64,000 nt of DNA from a bacterium (GCA_965225985.1 OZ245330.1:3098019-3162018); one strand, 5' to 3'; positions 19,834 to 29,805 are shown, numbered from the stretch's first letter. Notes: a model not told the origin generated them from the sequence alone. Numbers and translations are program-made.

Positions 19834-21291
19834 CTACGCCCGCCCGAGGTCGATCCGCCGGGTGCGCCGGCGCTTCTCCTCGAGGAGGCGGAAGAGGCGC
19901 TCGACGCTCCGCTCGTCCGGGAGGAACGCCCCGCGCAGGTCCACGTTGTACGCCACCGAGCCCCCGCCGCCGGAAACGCCCGACCGCTTCAGCGCCCGCA
20001 CCATCACCTCGGTCATCATGCGCAGCCCGCGCTCGTCCTCGAGGGGAACGATGGCCTCGGCGCGGCCGCGCTCCCCCACGTTGAGCCGGGCGGGCCCCAG
20101 GGCGAACGCCCCGTGCTGTGCGCCGTCCCCGTCATCGATCCGGCTGGTAAGAAACGGCGCGAGGATCTTCCGCGCCGCTTGGCGGTTGCCCCCTGTTCGG
20201 CGTATCACTTCTTCAATCGACGGCCGGAAATTCGGATCGGAGGAACTTTGAACGTTCCCCGTCGCAGACAGTCCCGCCAGTTTTCCGAGCCTCGTGATCT
20301 CGGCGATGTTCGCCGCGCCGGACATCTCAGGCGTATTTTTTGGGGTATTCATCCGCTTGTTGAGGGCGAGGGCGAGTGCAGCCCCGCCCCCGAGAGCCGC
20401 CGCAGCGCCCGCGCCGCCCAGACCCGCGATGAGTCCAGCGGATGAACTCGTGCCCGCTGCCGCCGCACCCGCGCCCGCAGCGGCGGGCCCCCCCGCAGCC
20501 GCGCTCGCTGCTGCGCTTCCTCCGGCGGCTACAAAGCCAGCCTGACCGACGGCGGGAACTACGGTGGACGAAAGCCCCGCGCTCGCGCCGAACGTGGACG
20601 CTGCGGTCGCCCCGCCCCCGATTCCGAGCGCGCCCAAAGCGGCAGACCCGGCGGCGCTGACTCCTTTGCTCGCAACCTCCCCGAGCAACCCCCCGGTGCC
20701 GAGCGGAGAGCCTTTCACCTCAAGTCCCAGGGCGCGCTGCACCAGGTTGGCGAAGGGCGCGACGAGGCTCTGCTCCACGATCCCCGCCGCCATCTTCGCG
20801 AGGGCGCGCATGAAGGTGTCCTTCATGCTCCTGACGAACCTGTCCCACTGGGTCAGGAACTTGTCGGTGTTGTTCCGAAAGCGCACGAAGAGGAGGTCTG
20901 CCAAAGCCGCGTCCGTGCTTCTTGCAAATCCTTCGAACGCCTCCCTCGCCTTAACTGCCACGAACGTATTTTTGCGGAGGGCCTCTTCCGAGTCCCTCAG
21001 ATAATCTCCCATGGCGGTGCGGAGCTGCTCCAGGTGGCCCGTCTGATCTTTCGCCGCCTTGCCGGCTTCCACCGCTTTTTTGACGAATACACCGTGCGCC
21101 TCGGCCGCTTCCAGCAATCCTTTTCTCAAGGCGTCCGTGGACTCGGAAAGTTGCGCGAAATCCTTTGACGCTTTGCCGGTGTCCTTCCCCATCCTCCCGA
21201 GAAGCTTCAAGAGCTTTTTCAGCATCTCGGCGAGATTGCCACCACCATCAACGTTGACTTTTACACCGTTCATCCCGTTCGCCAAGACCAC
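19834..21291 (-). CDS. Phage tail tape-measure-like protein
   Basis: 485 aa. Helical N-terminus, a long Gly/Ala-rich central region and a C-terminal domain. It sits between tail-tube-side and baseplate-side genes. Confidence 0.55.
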   Translation of the reverse strand: MVLANGMNGVKVNVDGGGNLAEMLKKLLKLLGRMGKDTGKASKDFAQLSESTDALRKGLLEAAEAHGVFVKKAVEAGKAAKDQTGHLEQLRTAMGDYLRDSEEALRKNTFVAVKAREAFEGFARSTDAALADLLFVRFRNNTDKFLTQWDRFVRSMKDTFMRALAKMAAGIVEQSLVAPFANLVQRALGLEVKGSPLGTGGLLGEVASKGVSAAGSAALGALGIGGGATAASTFGASAGLSSTVVPAVGQAGFVAAGGSAAASAAAGGPAAAGAGAAAAGTSSSAGLIAGLGGAGAAAALGGGAALALALNKRMNTPKNTPEMSGAANIAEITRLGKLAGLSATGNVQSSSDPNFRPSIEEVIRRTGGNRQAARKILAPFLTSRIDDGDGAQHGAFALGPARLNVGERGRAEAIVPLEDERGLRMMTEVMVRALKRSGVSGGGGSVAYNVDLRGAFLPDERSVERLFRLLEEKRRRTRRIDLGRA

Positions 21292-21304
21292 TTCTCCTTA
21301 TTTG

Positions 21305-21490
21305 CTACCGCTCAACTTTAACGTGAATGGGTGTGGCAGAAGCAATTGACCTTCTACCTATTTTAGCGATATCCACCTCCATCACTCCCCGCGCACTTAA
21401 TCCCCCCGGCGCGAGCCAGGGGTTCAGCGCGATGAGGCTGAGGGCGAGGGCGATGACGGTCCAGACGATGTCCCGATAGATCCCGCGCAT
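21305..21490 (-). CDS. Small membrane protein, MRGIY family copy 2
   Basis: MRGIYRDIVWTVIALALSLIALNPWLAPGG followed by a unique tail. Its stop is 14 nt before the tape-measure start. Confidence 0.55.
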   Translation of the reverse strand: MRGIYRDIVWTVIALALSLIALNPWLAPGGLSARGVMEVDIAKIGRRSIASATPIHVKVER

Positions 21491-21653
21491 TGGAATTCTC
21501 CTTTTTGGATGGCGGTGTATGATTCATCGTTCGCCCATTCTACCGCCATCCGGCCCGCCCCGCCCGGGGTGGGCCGCCCGCCAACGTGGGAATCTATAAG
21601 AGGAGGATGAAAACCCAACTACCGGAAATTCGGGGAAATTTAAATGGGGAAAA

Positions 21654-21947
21654 TCAGGCCGCCAGGGGGAGGGACTTTTCGAGGGAGAAGCTGAATTGCC
21701 CGAGGAGGCTTACTTGTTTTTCCACCGAGTCGGAGGCTTCGCCGGTTTTTCGGCCGAATTTATTCTGTGCATCGGTTGCTTCCTTCAAGCCTTTTTTCAT
21801 CTCGTCCGTGGGCTTGATGATCTTCCGGATACTGTCCGCCGCGGTCTTTGCGCTGACCCCCGTTTGGTCGAGACTTTTGGTAAAATTTTTCAGTGACTTT
21901 GTCGCCTCGTCTCTTACTTTGACAGAAATTTCAATTCCATTTGCCAA
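21654..21947 (-). CDS. Truncated paralog (97 aa) of the tape-measure N-terminus
   Basis: MANGIEISVKV...KKGL aligns to the tape-measure N-terminus MVLANGMNGVKV...RKGL. It ends ...EKSLPLAA, just before a dispersed-repeat core. Confidence 0.45.
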   Translation of the reverse strand: MANGIEISVKVRDEATKSLKNFTKSLDQTGVSAKTAADSIRKIIKPTDEMKKGLKEATDAQNKFGRKTGEASDSVEKQVSLLGQFSFSLEKSLPLAA

Positions 21948-21972
21948 GACTGTCTCTCCTTAGACTCTCCTA

Positions 21973-22164
21973 TTACTTGCTTTCAATAACCACAACAGGA
22001 ATAGGTTCATAAGAAATGCCTTTACCGCCAACACTAACAATATCCACAGGAGTAATTATCCCCTGCGCACCCGACCCCCCCGGCGCGAGCCAGGGGTTCA
22101 GGGCGATCAGCGTTAAGGCGAGGGCGATGAAGGTCCAGACGACGTTCTGATAGATCCCGCGCAT
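21973..22164 (-). CDS. Small membrane protein, MRGIY family copy 3
   Basis: The internal ATG of ORF 21973..22275 is preceded by AAAGGAGAG and encodes MRGIYQNVVWTFIALALTLIALNPWLAPGG.... Confidence 0.55.
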   Translation of the reverse strand: MRGIYQNVVWTFIALALTLIALNPWLAPGGSGAQGIITPVDIVSVGGKGISYEPIPVVVIESK

Positions 22165-22354
22165 GATTGTTCTCTCCTTTTGGATGGGCGATGGAATGCG
22201 TTCTCTCAAAAACATTCTACCGCCATCCGGCCCGGCCCGCCCGGGGTGGCCGCCCCGGGGAGGCCCGCCCGCCAACGTGGGAATCTATAAGAGGAGGGAG
22301 GAAACCCAACTACCGGAAATTCGGGGAAATTCGGAGGGGTGCAGGAAGGAAAAC

Positions 22355-22624
22355 TTAGGCCGCGAGTGAGAGGGATTTTTCGAGATGCGCCTGGCCGGAG
22401 CTCCCTCTCCCCCCGGGAGAGGGCTGGGGTGAGGGAAACTGCGCCTTGGCCGCTACCTCCAATCCCTTCTTGAGGTCGGCCGTGGGCCTGATCATTTTCC
22501 GGAAGGACCCGGCCGCTTTTCGCGCGGACTTTTCCGTTTGATCGAGAGTTTTGCTGAAACCCTGGAGGGACTTGGCCGCCTCGCCCTTCACTTCGACATA
22601 AACCGCTACCTTATTTTCTGCCAA
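22355..22624 (-). CDS. Truncated paralog (89 aa) of the tape-measure N-terminus
   Basis: MAENKVAVYVEVKGEAAKSL...KKGL...EKSLSLAA, homologous to 21654..21947. Confidence 0.45.
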   Translation of the reverse strand: MAENKVAVYVEVKGEAAKSLQGFSKTLDQTEKSARKAAGSFRKMIRPTADLKKGLEVAAKAQFPSPQPSPGGRGSSGQAHLEKSLSLAA

Positions 22625-22679
22625 GACGGTTTCTCCTATTAAACACCAACCTCAATCATTTCATCATGAAAAGTTCCGA

Positions 22680-22862
22680 TTAATCCAAAACTCTAACAGG
22701 AATAGAAGCGCCTACTCTGAATCCGCTTATCCGAACAACATCCACCTTCACAATCTCCGACTGCGCACTCAAACCCCCCGGCGCGAGCCAGGGGTTCAGC
22801 GCGATCAGCGTTAAGGCGAGGGCGATGACGGTCCAGACGACGTTCTGATAGATCCCGCGCAT
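22680..22862 (-). CDS. Small membrane protein, MRGIY family copy 4
   Basis: MRGIYQNVVWTVIALALTLIALNPWLAPGG...VRVLD. Confidence 0.55.
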   Translation of the reverse strand: MRGIYQNVVWTVIALALTLIALNPWLAPGGLSAQSEIVKVDVVRISGFRVGASIPVRVLD

Positions 22863-22922
22863 GATTGTTCTCTCCTTTTGGATGGGCGATGGAATGCGTT
22901 CCCGCAAAACATTCTACCGCTT

Positions 22923-23488
22923 ATCCCTCCCCCTTGTGGCGGCGGAGGCCGGCGCCCCTCGGGGCGGCGCGGCGCTCGAGCTCGAGGCCGGCCTCGAGGG
23001 CTTCCTGGTTGAAGCGGAACTCCTCCCAGCTAGCCTCCGCCAGAAGGTGCGGGGGCAGGCCGTAGGTCTTCGCCTGGAGGTGGATCAGGGCGAGGAGCTC
23101 CCGCCGGGCCCGTCGGAAAGGGGGCGGGGGCCGCCTCTCCTCCCCCGGCGGCGAGGGCGCCCAACTCGCCCACGGCGGCGAGGATGGCGCCGGCGTCCTC
23201 GGCGGTGAGCTCGTGGACGCTGAGCTCGGCCGGGCCGCACGCGCCGGGCTCCTTGTCGGTCATGGCCCCGCGCTCGGGCAGGAAGCACCGGCGGAGGACG
23301 CAGTGCACCCAGTCCCCCATGGCGGCCGCCCGCCCGGCCGCGTCCTCCGCGGCGCCGTTCTGGCCGGCGGGCAGGAGGCGGGGGTAGGCGGCGAGGTCCA
23401 TCACGCTCGGGGCGCGGACGAAGCCCCGCAGCCCCGAGGGCAGCTCGATGGGCCTTCGGCCCCGGTTGCGGTAGGCGCTGATGTCCAT
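22923..23488 (-). CDS. Phage hypothetical protein (tail-assembly position), probably frameshifted
   Basis: The ATG is preceded by AAGGAG. The N-terminal frame (MDISAYRNRGRRPIELPSGLRGFV...) switches near 23090-23120 into ...ELLALIHLQAKTYGLPPHLLAEASWEEFRFNQEALEAGLELE...*. Confidence 0.4.
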
Positions 23489-23514
23489 GGCGGGATCTCC
23501 TTTTTCCATGACTG

Positions 23515-24651
23515 CTAGGTGAACTGGATCTGGATCTCGTCGTCCCCGGTGTTCCGCGCCATCGAGAAGGGGACCTCGTAGGTGAGGAGGCCGTCCCGGT
23601 CCCCGAGGCCGATGTCGCCGTACTGGCACTTGGGGGCGGTGACGGTGCAGATGTTCCCCGCCGCCTGGCCCACCTGGACGCTGAGGGCGAGCTGGTTCTG
23701 CGCCTCCCACTTGGCCCAGACGTCCTCGGTGGCCTTGAGGACGGCCTCGGGGTCGAACGAGCCCGCCGGGGCGCGGCCGGTGACGAGGGAGTTGATGTGC
23801 CCCCCGGTCTGGTTCGCGCTCCGGCGCAGGGCGACGGTGTTGTTCATCGAGAAGGTGATGGACGCCGCGTCGAAGTTGAACCCGCCGAAGGAGAAGGCCG
23901 CCACCAGGGCGGGCTCGGGAAGCTGGGCGTCGTAGGCGCTCCCGGCGACCAGGGAGGCGTCCGAGACCCGGAAGTCCGCCGCGGTGAACTCCCAGTCCAC
24001 CGTCGGGACGGCGTCGAGGGGGACGTTGAGGGTGAAGGTGCCCATGCAGCCCATGTAGAGGACGCGCAGGCCGTCGATGAAGGCCGTGACGGCGCAGCGG
24101 GTGAAGCTCGACTTGTCCGAGATGGGGGCGTAGGTGACCGAGGTGCCGCCCACGACGGTCTCGCTCATCCCGCACGCCTTGAAGAGGATGCCGTAGTCCG
24201 GCGCGGTGCCCGCCGCGCCCGAGCCGCGCAGCTCGGCGGTGAAGGAGATCCGCGCCGAGCGTCTTCCCGCGACGAAGGGGAAGGGCGAGAGGCTGTCGTC
24301 CCGCACCGCCCGCTCGAGGCGCTCGACCTCGAGGTCGTGCGAAAAATTCCCCGCCCGGAAGAGTTCCGCCGCCGGGGCGGGCCGCTCGAGGAGGTAGACC
24401 GTGGTCGAGTCGGGCACCGGGCTCAGGGTGCCCACCGTCAGGGTGTCGCTCGCCGCGTCGAAGTCGGTGACCGAGACCTACTGGCCCACCCCGACGCCCC
24501 GGATGGTGCGAAGGGTCGAGCCGTTCCAGAAATCGTCCGCCTCGGTGCGCGCCGCGTCCACGACGGTGGTGGCGGTGGCGCTGTCCATCGTTCCTTCCAA
24601 CTCCTCGGTCGCGCCGATGATCTGGCGCTCCATCAACAGGGTATCGCCCAT
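23515..24651 (-). pseudogene. Phage major tail (tube)-like protein interrupted by an in-frame TAG at 24478-24480
   Basis: MGDTLLMERQIIGATEEL...TIRGVGVGQ[TAG]VSVTDFDAASDTLTVGTLSPVP... continues in the same frame for another 306 codons. Confidence 0.5.
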
Positions 24652-24716
24652 CTCTTTGCCTCTCCCTTTCTTTTAGGAAAAATGCTCTCGTCCTTTGAAT
24701 GCGGCTCTCCCCGGCC

Positions 24717-25236
24717 TCACGCCCGGGTGATCCGCTCGAAGGCCTGGAGGCGGATCTCGGCGTAATGGCAGAGAACCCCCCCGAAGGCCCGCGGTTCGAT
24801 GACGTCCACCTGGGGCGGCTGAAGGCGCTCCAGGGTGGGGACCTTGCTTCGGAGCCGGAGGGCGTCGTTCGATCGGAAGCGGTCGCAGACCGCCTCGATG
24901 AGGTCCTGGAAGACGAGCTCGCTCGCCGCGCCGTCCTTCAGCCCCATGATCCCGGCGAGGAGGAAGGTGTGGGCCCGCCGGTTCACCCCCGCGGGGATGA
25001 GTCCGCCCGGGGCGCTCGCGCCGAATCCGCCGAGCGCCTCGCTCACCCGCTCGCGCGTGACGATCCAGCCGCGAATTTGATCCCCTCCGTCCGGCGCCTC
25101 CCAGCGGAACAGGCCGATGTACTTCGCCATGTCGGCGGCGGTCCGCTGGTAGAGGTGCACCCTTCCGGCGTTTTCCACCGCCTCGATTTCGGCGGCGACC
25201 GCCGCGCCGATATCCTTGTAGAATGAGCTAGCCACG
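24717..25236 (-). CDS. Phage head-tail joining / neck-region hypothetical protein
   Basis: GTG start overlaps the upstream stop (GTGGCTAG). 173 aa, VASSFYKDIGAAVAAEIEAV.... Confidence 0.45.
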
Positions 25237-25743
25237 CAGCCTCCCCGCGATGTCGGCGCCGAGCCTTTCCACCCGGCGCGCAATGGGCCCCATGCTTTTT
25301 TCGAGGGCGTCCCGGAACATGTGCCGGCCCGCGGTGCCCCTCCGCCCGATGGCGCGCGCGATGAGGAAGGCCGCCGAGCGGGCCTCCCCGCCGCTGACCC
25401 CCAGCACCCGCTCCACCCAGCCGTAGAGGGAGGAGCCGGGCCCCGAGGGGGGCCGCCGGCCCGGGCCGCGCCCCTCCTCGACGGGAAGGGCGTAGGCGAG
25501 CGGGGTGGCGACGGTGCCGCGAAGCGAATCGAGCGCGCTCCCGCGCACCTCGGATACGATCGAGCCCCGAAGCGCGCCCGTCGCCCCCCGGGGGGTACCG
25601 GCGGCGGCGCGTGCATGAATCATCTCCACGATGTCTCCCACGGCCCGCGCGGCCTCCTCGAAAACGACGCCCGCGGGATCGGCCCCATCGCCCGCGAGGG
25701 GGCCGGCCCGCTCAAAGGTGAGACTCCAATCTCCTTTCGCCAT
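25228..25743 (-). CDS. Phage hypothetical protein (head-tail connector region)
   Basis: 172 aa starting MAKGDWSLTFERAG.... It is the C-terminal segment of the long spurious ORF 25228..27276. Confidence 0.45.
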   Translation of the reverse strand: MAKGDWSLTFERAGPLAGDGADPAGVVFEEAARAVGDIVEMIHARAAAGTPRGATGALRGSIVSEVRGSALDSLRGTVATPLAYALPVEEGRGPGRRPPSGPGSSLYGWVERVLGVSGGEARSAAFLIARAIGRRGTAGRHMFRDALEKSMGPIARRVERLGADIAGRLRG

Positions 25744-25757
25744 TCCAGCCTCCCGCG

Positions 25758-26480
25758 CTAGCGCTCCCCGGGGCCGCCGTGGGTCAGGTACCGGCCCCGC
25801 CGCTGGGAGAGCGCCTCGTCCCAGTCGAGGGAGTGGCCCGCCGGGCCCGCCGTATCCCCCTCGCGCTGGCCGATGTGGGCCTGGTACTTGCGCTCGAGCT
25901 CCTTGGCGAGCCGGGTGTACTCGGACGCCTTGCTCGGGTAGCTCACCGCGTCCGCCCCGATGAGGGGCTCGGCGCTCTGGGCGAACCGCCGGGCGAGGAT
26001 GTGGCACCCTTCCGCCGCGGCGAGCCAGGCCGCCGCGATCAGGTCGTTCGCCGGGATGCTCGTTGCGGCGTCGTCCGCGGTGTGCGGCGCCGCGTAGAAG
26101 AGCCGCGCCGTCTCCCCGGTGCCGGGGGTGAGCCGCAGGAGGCGAAGCTTCGCCGCCGAGGTCGCCGCCCCGTAGATCGTCCAGTCCCGCCGCTGCAGGT
26201 AGACAGGCTCGCGCTCCCCCTGGGGGTACTCGACCGCGAGCACCGTCGAGAGGGCCGCGTCCCAATCCGCGGGCAGGCTGAAGTCGTACGCCGCACCGTC
26301 GCCGGCGTAGTCCTGAAAAGCCTTCCGCGGCCGGTCCTTGCTGTAGCGGGCGAGGGCCGCACGGACGAGGTCCGCGAAATCCGCCTCGGCCAGTGCGACC
26401 TCGGGCGGGATCTCGCCCGACTTCAAAAAGACCTTCACGTCCGCGATGATGGTTTGTCGTGATGACACTGCGTTCTCCAC
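25758..26480 (-). CDS. Phage hypothetical protein
   Basis: Clean 240-aa ORF (MENAVSSRQTIIADVKVFLKSG...). Confidence 0.55.
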   Translation of the reverse strand: MENAVSSRQTIIADVKVFLKSGEIPPEVALAEADFADLVRAALARYSKDRPRKAFQDYAGDGAAYDFSLPADWDAALSTVLAVEYPQGEREPVYLQRRDWTIYGAATSAAKLRLLRLTPGTGETARLFYAAPHTADDAATSIPANDLIAAAWLAAAEGCHILARRFAQSAEPLIGADAVSYPSKASEYTRLAKELERKYQAHIGQREGDTAGPAGHSLDWDEALSQRRGRYLTHGGPGER

Positions 26481-26513
26481 GGGACTGGGGCGGGGTAAAT
26501 TCCCCGCCCGCCC

Positions 26514-26808
26514 CTAGGTTTTGACCGCCAGCTTCGCCTCGAAAGTGAACGAGGGGCTCGACCCTCCGATGTCCCACGAGAGACGGAACCACTTCCCGAG
26601 GTTCGTCAGCTTGACGAGGGTCTTGCCCGTACCCGTGATTTGCGCCGGCTCGGTGTGGATGTAGCCGAGCGCGTCGTCCGCCGGCCCGGCTTCGATATCG
26701 AAATCGAGGGTGGGTGAACCGCCCGACGTCGAAGGGCGTGCTCTCGCCGTCCGCCGTCCGGGCCGCTGAGGCGGCCAATGTGATCGTCTTGGTCCTTCTG
26801 TCCGCCAT
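26514..26808 (-). CDS. Phage small structural protein, apparently frameshifted
   Basis: MADRRTKTITLAASAARTADGESTPFDV... shifts near 26735-26745 into ...PTLDFDIEAGPADDALGYIHTEPAQITGTGKTLVKLTNLGKWFRLSWDIGGSSPSFTFEAKLAVKT*. Confidence 0.4.
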
Positions 26809-26818
26809 GATCGGGCTC

Positions 26819-27099
26819 CTAGAAATCGAGGTAGAGCTTCGCGCCGGCCCCTGTGAGGACCGCGTGGAGCCCCACGCCGAAGCGGATGCCGCCCGGCGCC
26901 AGGTCCAGGCTCTTGGACACTCTCCGGCGGGCGCGTTGACGGCCCGCAGCACGGTGCCGGAGGCCGCCGTGTTGTCGTACAGCGTGACAGTGGCCGCCGC
27001 GCCGGAGCCCGCCGTGAGAATTCCGCCCATGAGCTTTCCGTTCCCCGTCGTCGCGGTGCCGGTGGCGGTAACCTCTGTCGTTTCGACTGGATGGATCAT
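26819..27099 (-). CDS. Phage small structural protein, apparently frameshifted
   Basis: MIHPVETTEVTATGTATTGNGKLMGGILTAGSGAAATVTLYDNTAASGTVLRAVNAPAGE... shifts near 26925-26935 into ...VSKSLDLAPGGIRFGVGLHAVLTGAGAKLYLDF*. Confidence 0.4.
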
Positions 27100-27145
27100 C
27101 GTGTACCTCCCTTTCCCGTTCTGGGCCGTCCCGGGCCGCCGCGGG

Positions 27146-27571
27146 CTAGTTGGGCGAGAATTCCACCGTGACCGCGAAGGGGGGCAGCGCCATTCCACTT
27201 CCCACCTGCTCGACCTGGAGTCCGAGCTGGTTTCCGGTGGAAACCGAGAGGGGGCTGGCCGGGCTGTAGAGGTCATAGCCCGCGACTCCGATGTCGTTTC
27301 CGCTCGTCAGGTCATAGTTCGCAAGCTCGGCCGCGCCGGCGCCGTTCGTCCCGCGGTCGATGAGATTCAGGTTCTTGGTGTTCGTGTTCTGGCCGGTGAC
27401 GGCCGCGCCGGGCACCACCCGAACCTTCTCGATCTTGCAATTCACCGGGGCTTCGAAAATCACGTAGGTGGTGCTGGCGTCCGCGGCGGCGGCGGCGGCG
27501 GCGGCGGCGGCCGGGGAGACGACCGTCTTGTCGTGGGTTCCCGGGACGTCGCAAGCCTGTCTGTTGCTCAT
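27146..27571 (-). CDS. Phage head-associated hypothetical protein (decoration-like)
   Basis: 141-aa ORF with an Ala-run and beta-rich composition. Preceded by a CCCCAAAAATCACAGATTTTGAGG element. Confidence 0.45.
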   Translation of the reverse strand: MSNRQACDVPGTHDKTVVSPAAAAAAAAAADASTTYVIFEAPVNCKIEKVRVVPGAAVTGQNTNTKNLNLIDRGTNGAGAAELANYDLTSGNDIGVAGYDLYSPASPLSVSTGNQLGLQVEQVGSGMALPPFAVTVEFSPN

Positions 27572-27696
27572 TTTTTTCTCCTTTCTCTAAACGGGTCGAA
27601 AAGAGACCCTTTCGCAGGGACGAGGGCCACCCCAAAAATCACAGATTTTGAGGACCCGGGGCACGCCTCGCCCCTGCGAGTTCAATTGACAATCGG

Positions 27697-29805
27697 TTAT
27701 GCCGGGGCGCCGCGGTAGAATCCCCGGTAGTCGAGGACCGCGCCGCCGTAGACGTGGCGGATCTTGTAGCGCACCTTGTCCGCGTTGAATCCGCTTCCGG
27801 CCAAGGGGTTGTCCTCGACGAAGAGCTCGGGATCCTGCATGTCCTCGAGGAAGCCGATTTCGACGGTGTCCACGAGCAGGGGATCCGCGGCGAGGTACCA
27901 GTTGTTCGCGTCGGTGAGCTCCGGCACCCATAGGGGCTCGACCCCGAGGCGGTTGATCACGCTCGGCTGGGTGGAGTTCTCCCCCGAGATGACTTTCACC
28001 GCGGACTGGGTGATGTCGAACGCCTCTTCGAGCAGCTCGGTCGGATGGAGCAGGTACTTCGGGTACACCTGAGAGGCCATCTCGACCCCCGACTCGCCGT
28101 AAAACGTTTGCTGGCCCATCGACTTGATGCCGGTGATGACGTTTGCGTAGGTGAGCACGTTGGTCGATGTGTTGTTGTGGTTGGCGTGGAAGAGCGCCAC
28201 GCCGTCGTAGATGTTGGTGGCCGAGGCGAGGAACCCGAAGACGAAGTTGTTCAGGGTCCGCTGGGCCGCGCGCGCGAGGCGGCGCGGGATCAACCGGATG
28301 GATCCCATGTCGTCGTTCTGGATCATCTCCCAGGTGAGGTCCTCGATCCCGCCGCGCTTCGAAACCGCGTAGGTCACCTCCTCGTCGGTGGGCGAGGCGA
28401 GGGTGGGATAGGTGGCCTGCTCGGAAACCGCCTGCAGGTCGCCGTAGCCGCCCACCCGGATGCGGCGGTTGGTGCGGAAATCCTTCACCGGCACGATGGC
28501 CGAGACGATCTTCCGCCAAAGCTGAAAGCGGTCGTCGCGGAAATCGCGGAGGAGGGCCCGCCGGATCGAGTCGCCGAACGCCTCCCCCCAGGTGCTGGTG
28601 TCGAGCGCGGCTGAGAGCCGGCGGATGCCGTTCCAATTCTCGGCGGCCCGGTGGTAGTGAAAGGTCTCGGCGAAGAACAGATGTGGCGTAAGCCGGTGGC
28701 CGGTGAAGTCCTGGAAGGCCTCGCCCAGGAAGCGATAGGGCCGGTGGCCGTCCCGGACCGTCGGGCTGGACTCCCAAAGGCCGTCCAGTGCCGCCTTCTT
28801 CCGATCAATCTCGTCCCGGACCACCTCGGCCCGCCGCCCAAAGCCCTTCAGCGCCCCGCTCGCGGTGAGCTTCTCCAGGGCGGACGACTCCAGCCGCAGC
28901 GCCTCGTCGATCTCCTCTCCGGAGCACACGCGGCCGGTGAACTGGGTCCGGACCTTTTCCTTGACGGGCTCGGGAAGGGGAGACTCCGCGAGCCGGCAGG
29001 TGAGCCGGTCCCGGCTCTCCGCAGCACGCAACGACTCCTGCAGACTTCCGATTTCCTGTTGCATCGCTTCCTCCTCACTTTGGATCAGATGGGGATTTTC
29101 GTTTTCCATGGCGTCTCCTTTCTGCGCGAGATCCGAATCGAGGCCCGCTCTCTCGCAGGCCGAGATCAGCTGCTGCCGCGTCCATCTCCCGCCGAGTCTG
29201 GCGGCGGCCTCCGGTACGGCCGCCCTGAGTTTTCTGAACAATTTCTCCATCGCCACCACCTCTGTATCCGGCCGATCGGCCGCGGCGAGGTCCAGGAGGC
29301 CGCCCCCCAGCCGGCCCTTGTGGACCACGTCCACCGAATTGACCGCAACGATTTTTTGAAAATGCAGAACGAGGCCCCCCTCCTCCTCCCGGTACTCTGT
29401 CTGGGCCACCACATCGAAAGAAAAACCGAAGGGCTCCTCGATCCCGCGCGCGAGGGCGTCCTGGGCCAGGGCCTGGAACCAGCCGGCCGACCGGGCCACG
29501 GCGAAGGTGCTGTGGAGGTCCGATTCGACCATCCGCACGTTCCGGTGCCAGCCGACGAGGGCGCGGATGTCGGGCGCGCCGCCCTCGGCGTGATTCGCGA
29601 ACGCCTGCGCCCCCTCGAAAAGGGGCGCGGCCTCGCGGAGCACCTCCCGGGACAGGAACCAGCGCCCCTCGTGCGAGTAGCCGGGAGTTGCGATCCGCAC
29701 CTCGAAATCCCACGGTGTGTTGTCCGGGGCGGCGCCGGAGGGGACGCCCGCGGCCCGGAGAACCCGGCCCGTGAGCCGCAACCCCCGCTTTTCGCCCGGG
29801 GGCAT
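27697..29805 (-). CDS. Phage prohead protease / scaffold / major head subunit fusion (Mu gpT-like C-terminus)
   Basis: The long ORF runs to 30051, but the Arg-rich N-terminal stretch looks non-coding, so the start is probably the internal M at about 29805. Protease-like N-terminus (PWDFEVRIATPGYSHEGRW), coiled-coil middle, and a C-terminus ending ...KVRYKIRHVYGGAVLDYRGFYRG, typical of Mu-like major head proteins. Confidence 0.55.
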   Translation of the reverse strand: MPPGEKRGLRLTGRVLRAAGVPSGAAPDNTPWDFEVRIATPGYSHEGRWFLSREVLREAAPLFEGAQAFANHAEGGAPDIRALVGWHRNVRMVESDLHSTFAVARSAGWFQALAQDALARGIEEPFGFSFDVVAQTEYREEEGGLVLHFQKIVAVNSVDVVHKGRLGGGLLDLAAADRPDTEVVAMEKLFRKLRAAVPEAAARLGGRWTRQQLISACERAGLDSDLAQKGDAMENENPHLIQSEEEAMQQEIGSLQESLRAAESRDRLTCRLAESPLPEPVKEKVRTQFTGRVCSGEEIDEALRLESSALEKLTASGALKGFGRRAEVVRDEIDRKKAALDGLWESSPTVRDGHRPYRFLGEAFQDFTGHRLTPHLFFAETFHYHRAAENWNGIRRLSAALDTSTWGEAFGDSIRRALLRDFRDDRFQLWRKIVSAIVPVKDFRTNRRIRVGGYGDLQAVSEQATYPTLASPTDEEVTYAVSKRGGIEDLTWEMIQNDDMGSIRLIPRRLARAAQRTLNNFVFGFLASATNIYDGVALFHANHNNTSTNVLTYANVITGIKSMGQQTFYGESGVEMASQVYPKYLLHPTELLEEAFDITQSAVKVISGENSTQPSVINRLGVEPLWVPELTDANNWYLAADPLLVDTVEIGFLEDMQDPELFVEDNPLAGSGFNADKVRYKIRHVYGGAVLDYRGFYRGAPA

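Larger units (their letters stand above)
19099..22930 (-). repeat. Tandem array of roughly 690-bp units (5' leader + small membrane-protein gene + truncated tape-measure N-terminal gene)
   Basis: Starts of the MRGIY genes at 22862, 22164, 21490 and 19495. The leader 'ATTCTACCGCCATCC' is shared, and the first roughly 95 nt of each small gene are about 95% identical before diverging. Confidence 0.6.

Noticed and set aside
19099-22930. Possible CRISPR array, given the regularly recurring identical segments
   Set aside because: The repeat unit is about 690 bp and contains protein-coding genes with ribosome-binding sites. There are no short 28-37-nt repeats with unique spacers, and no cas genes.
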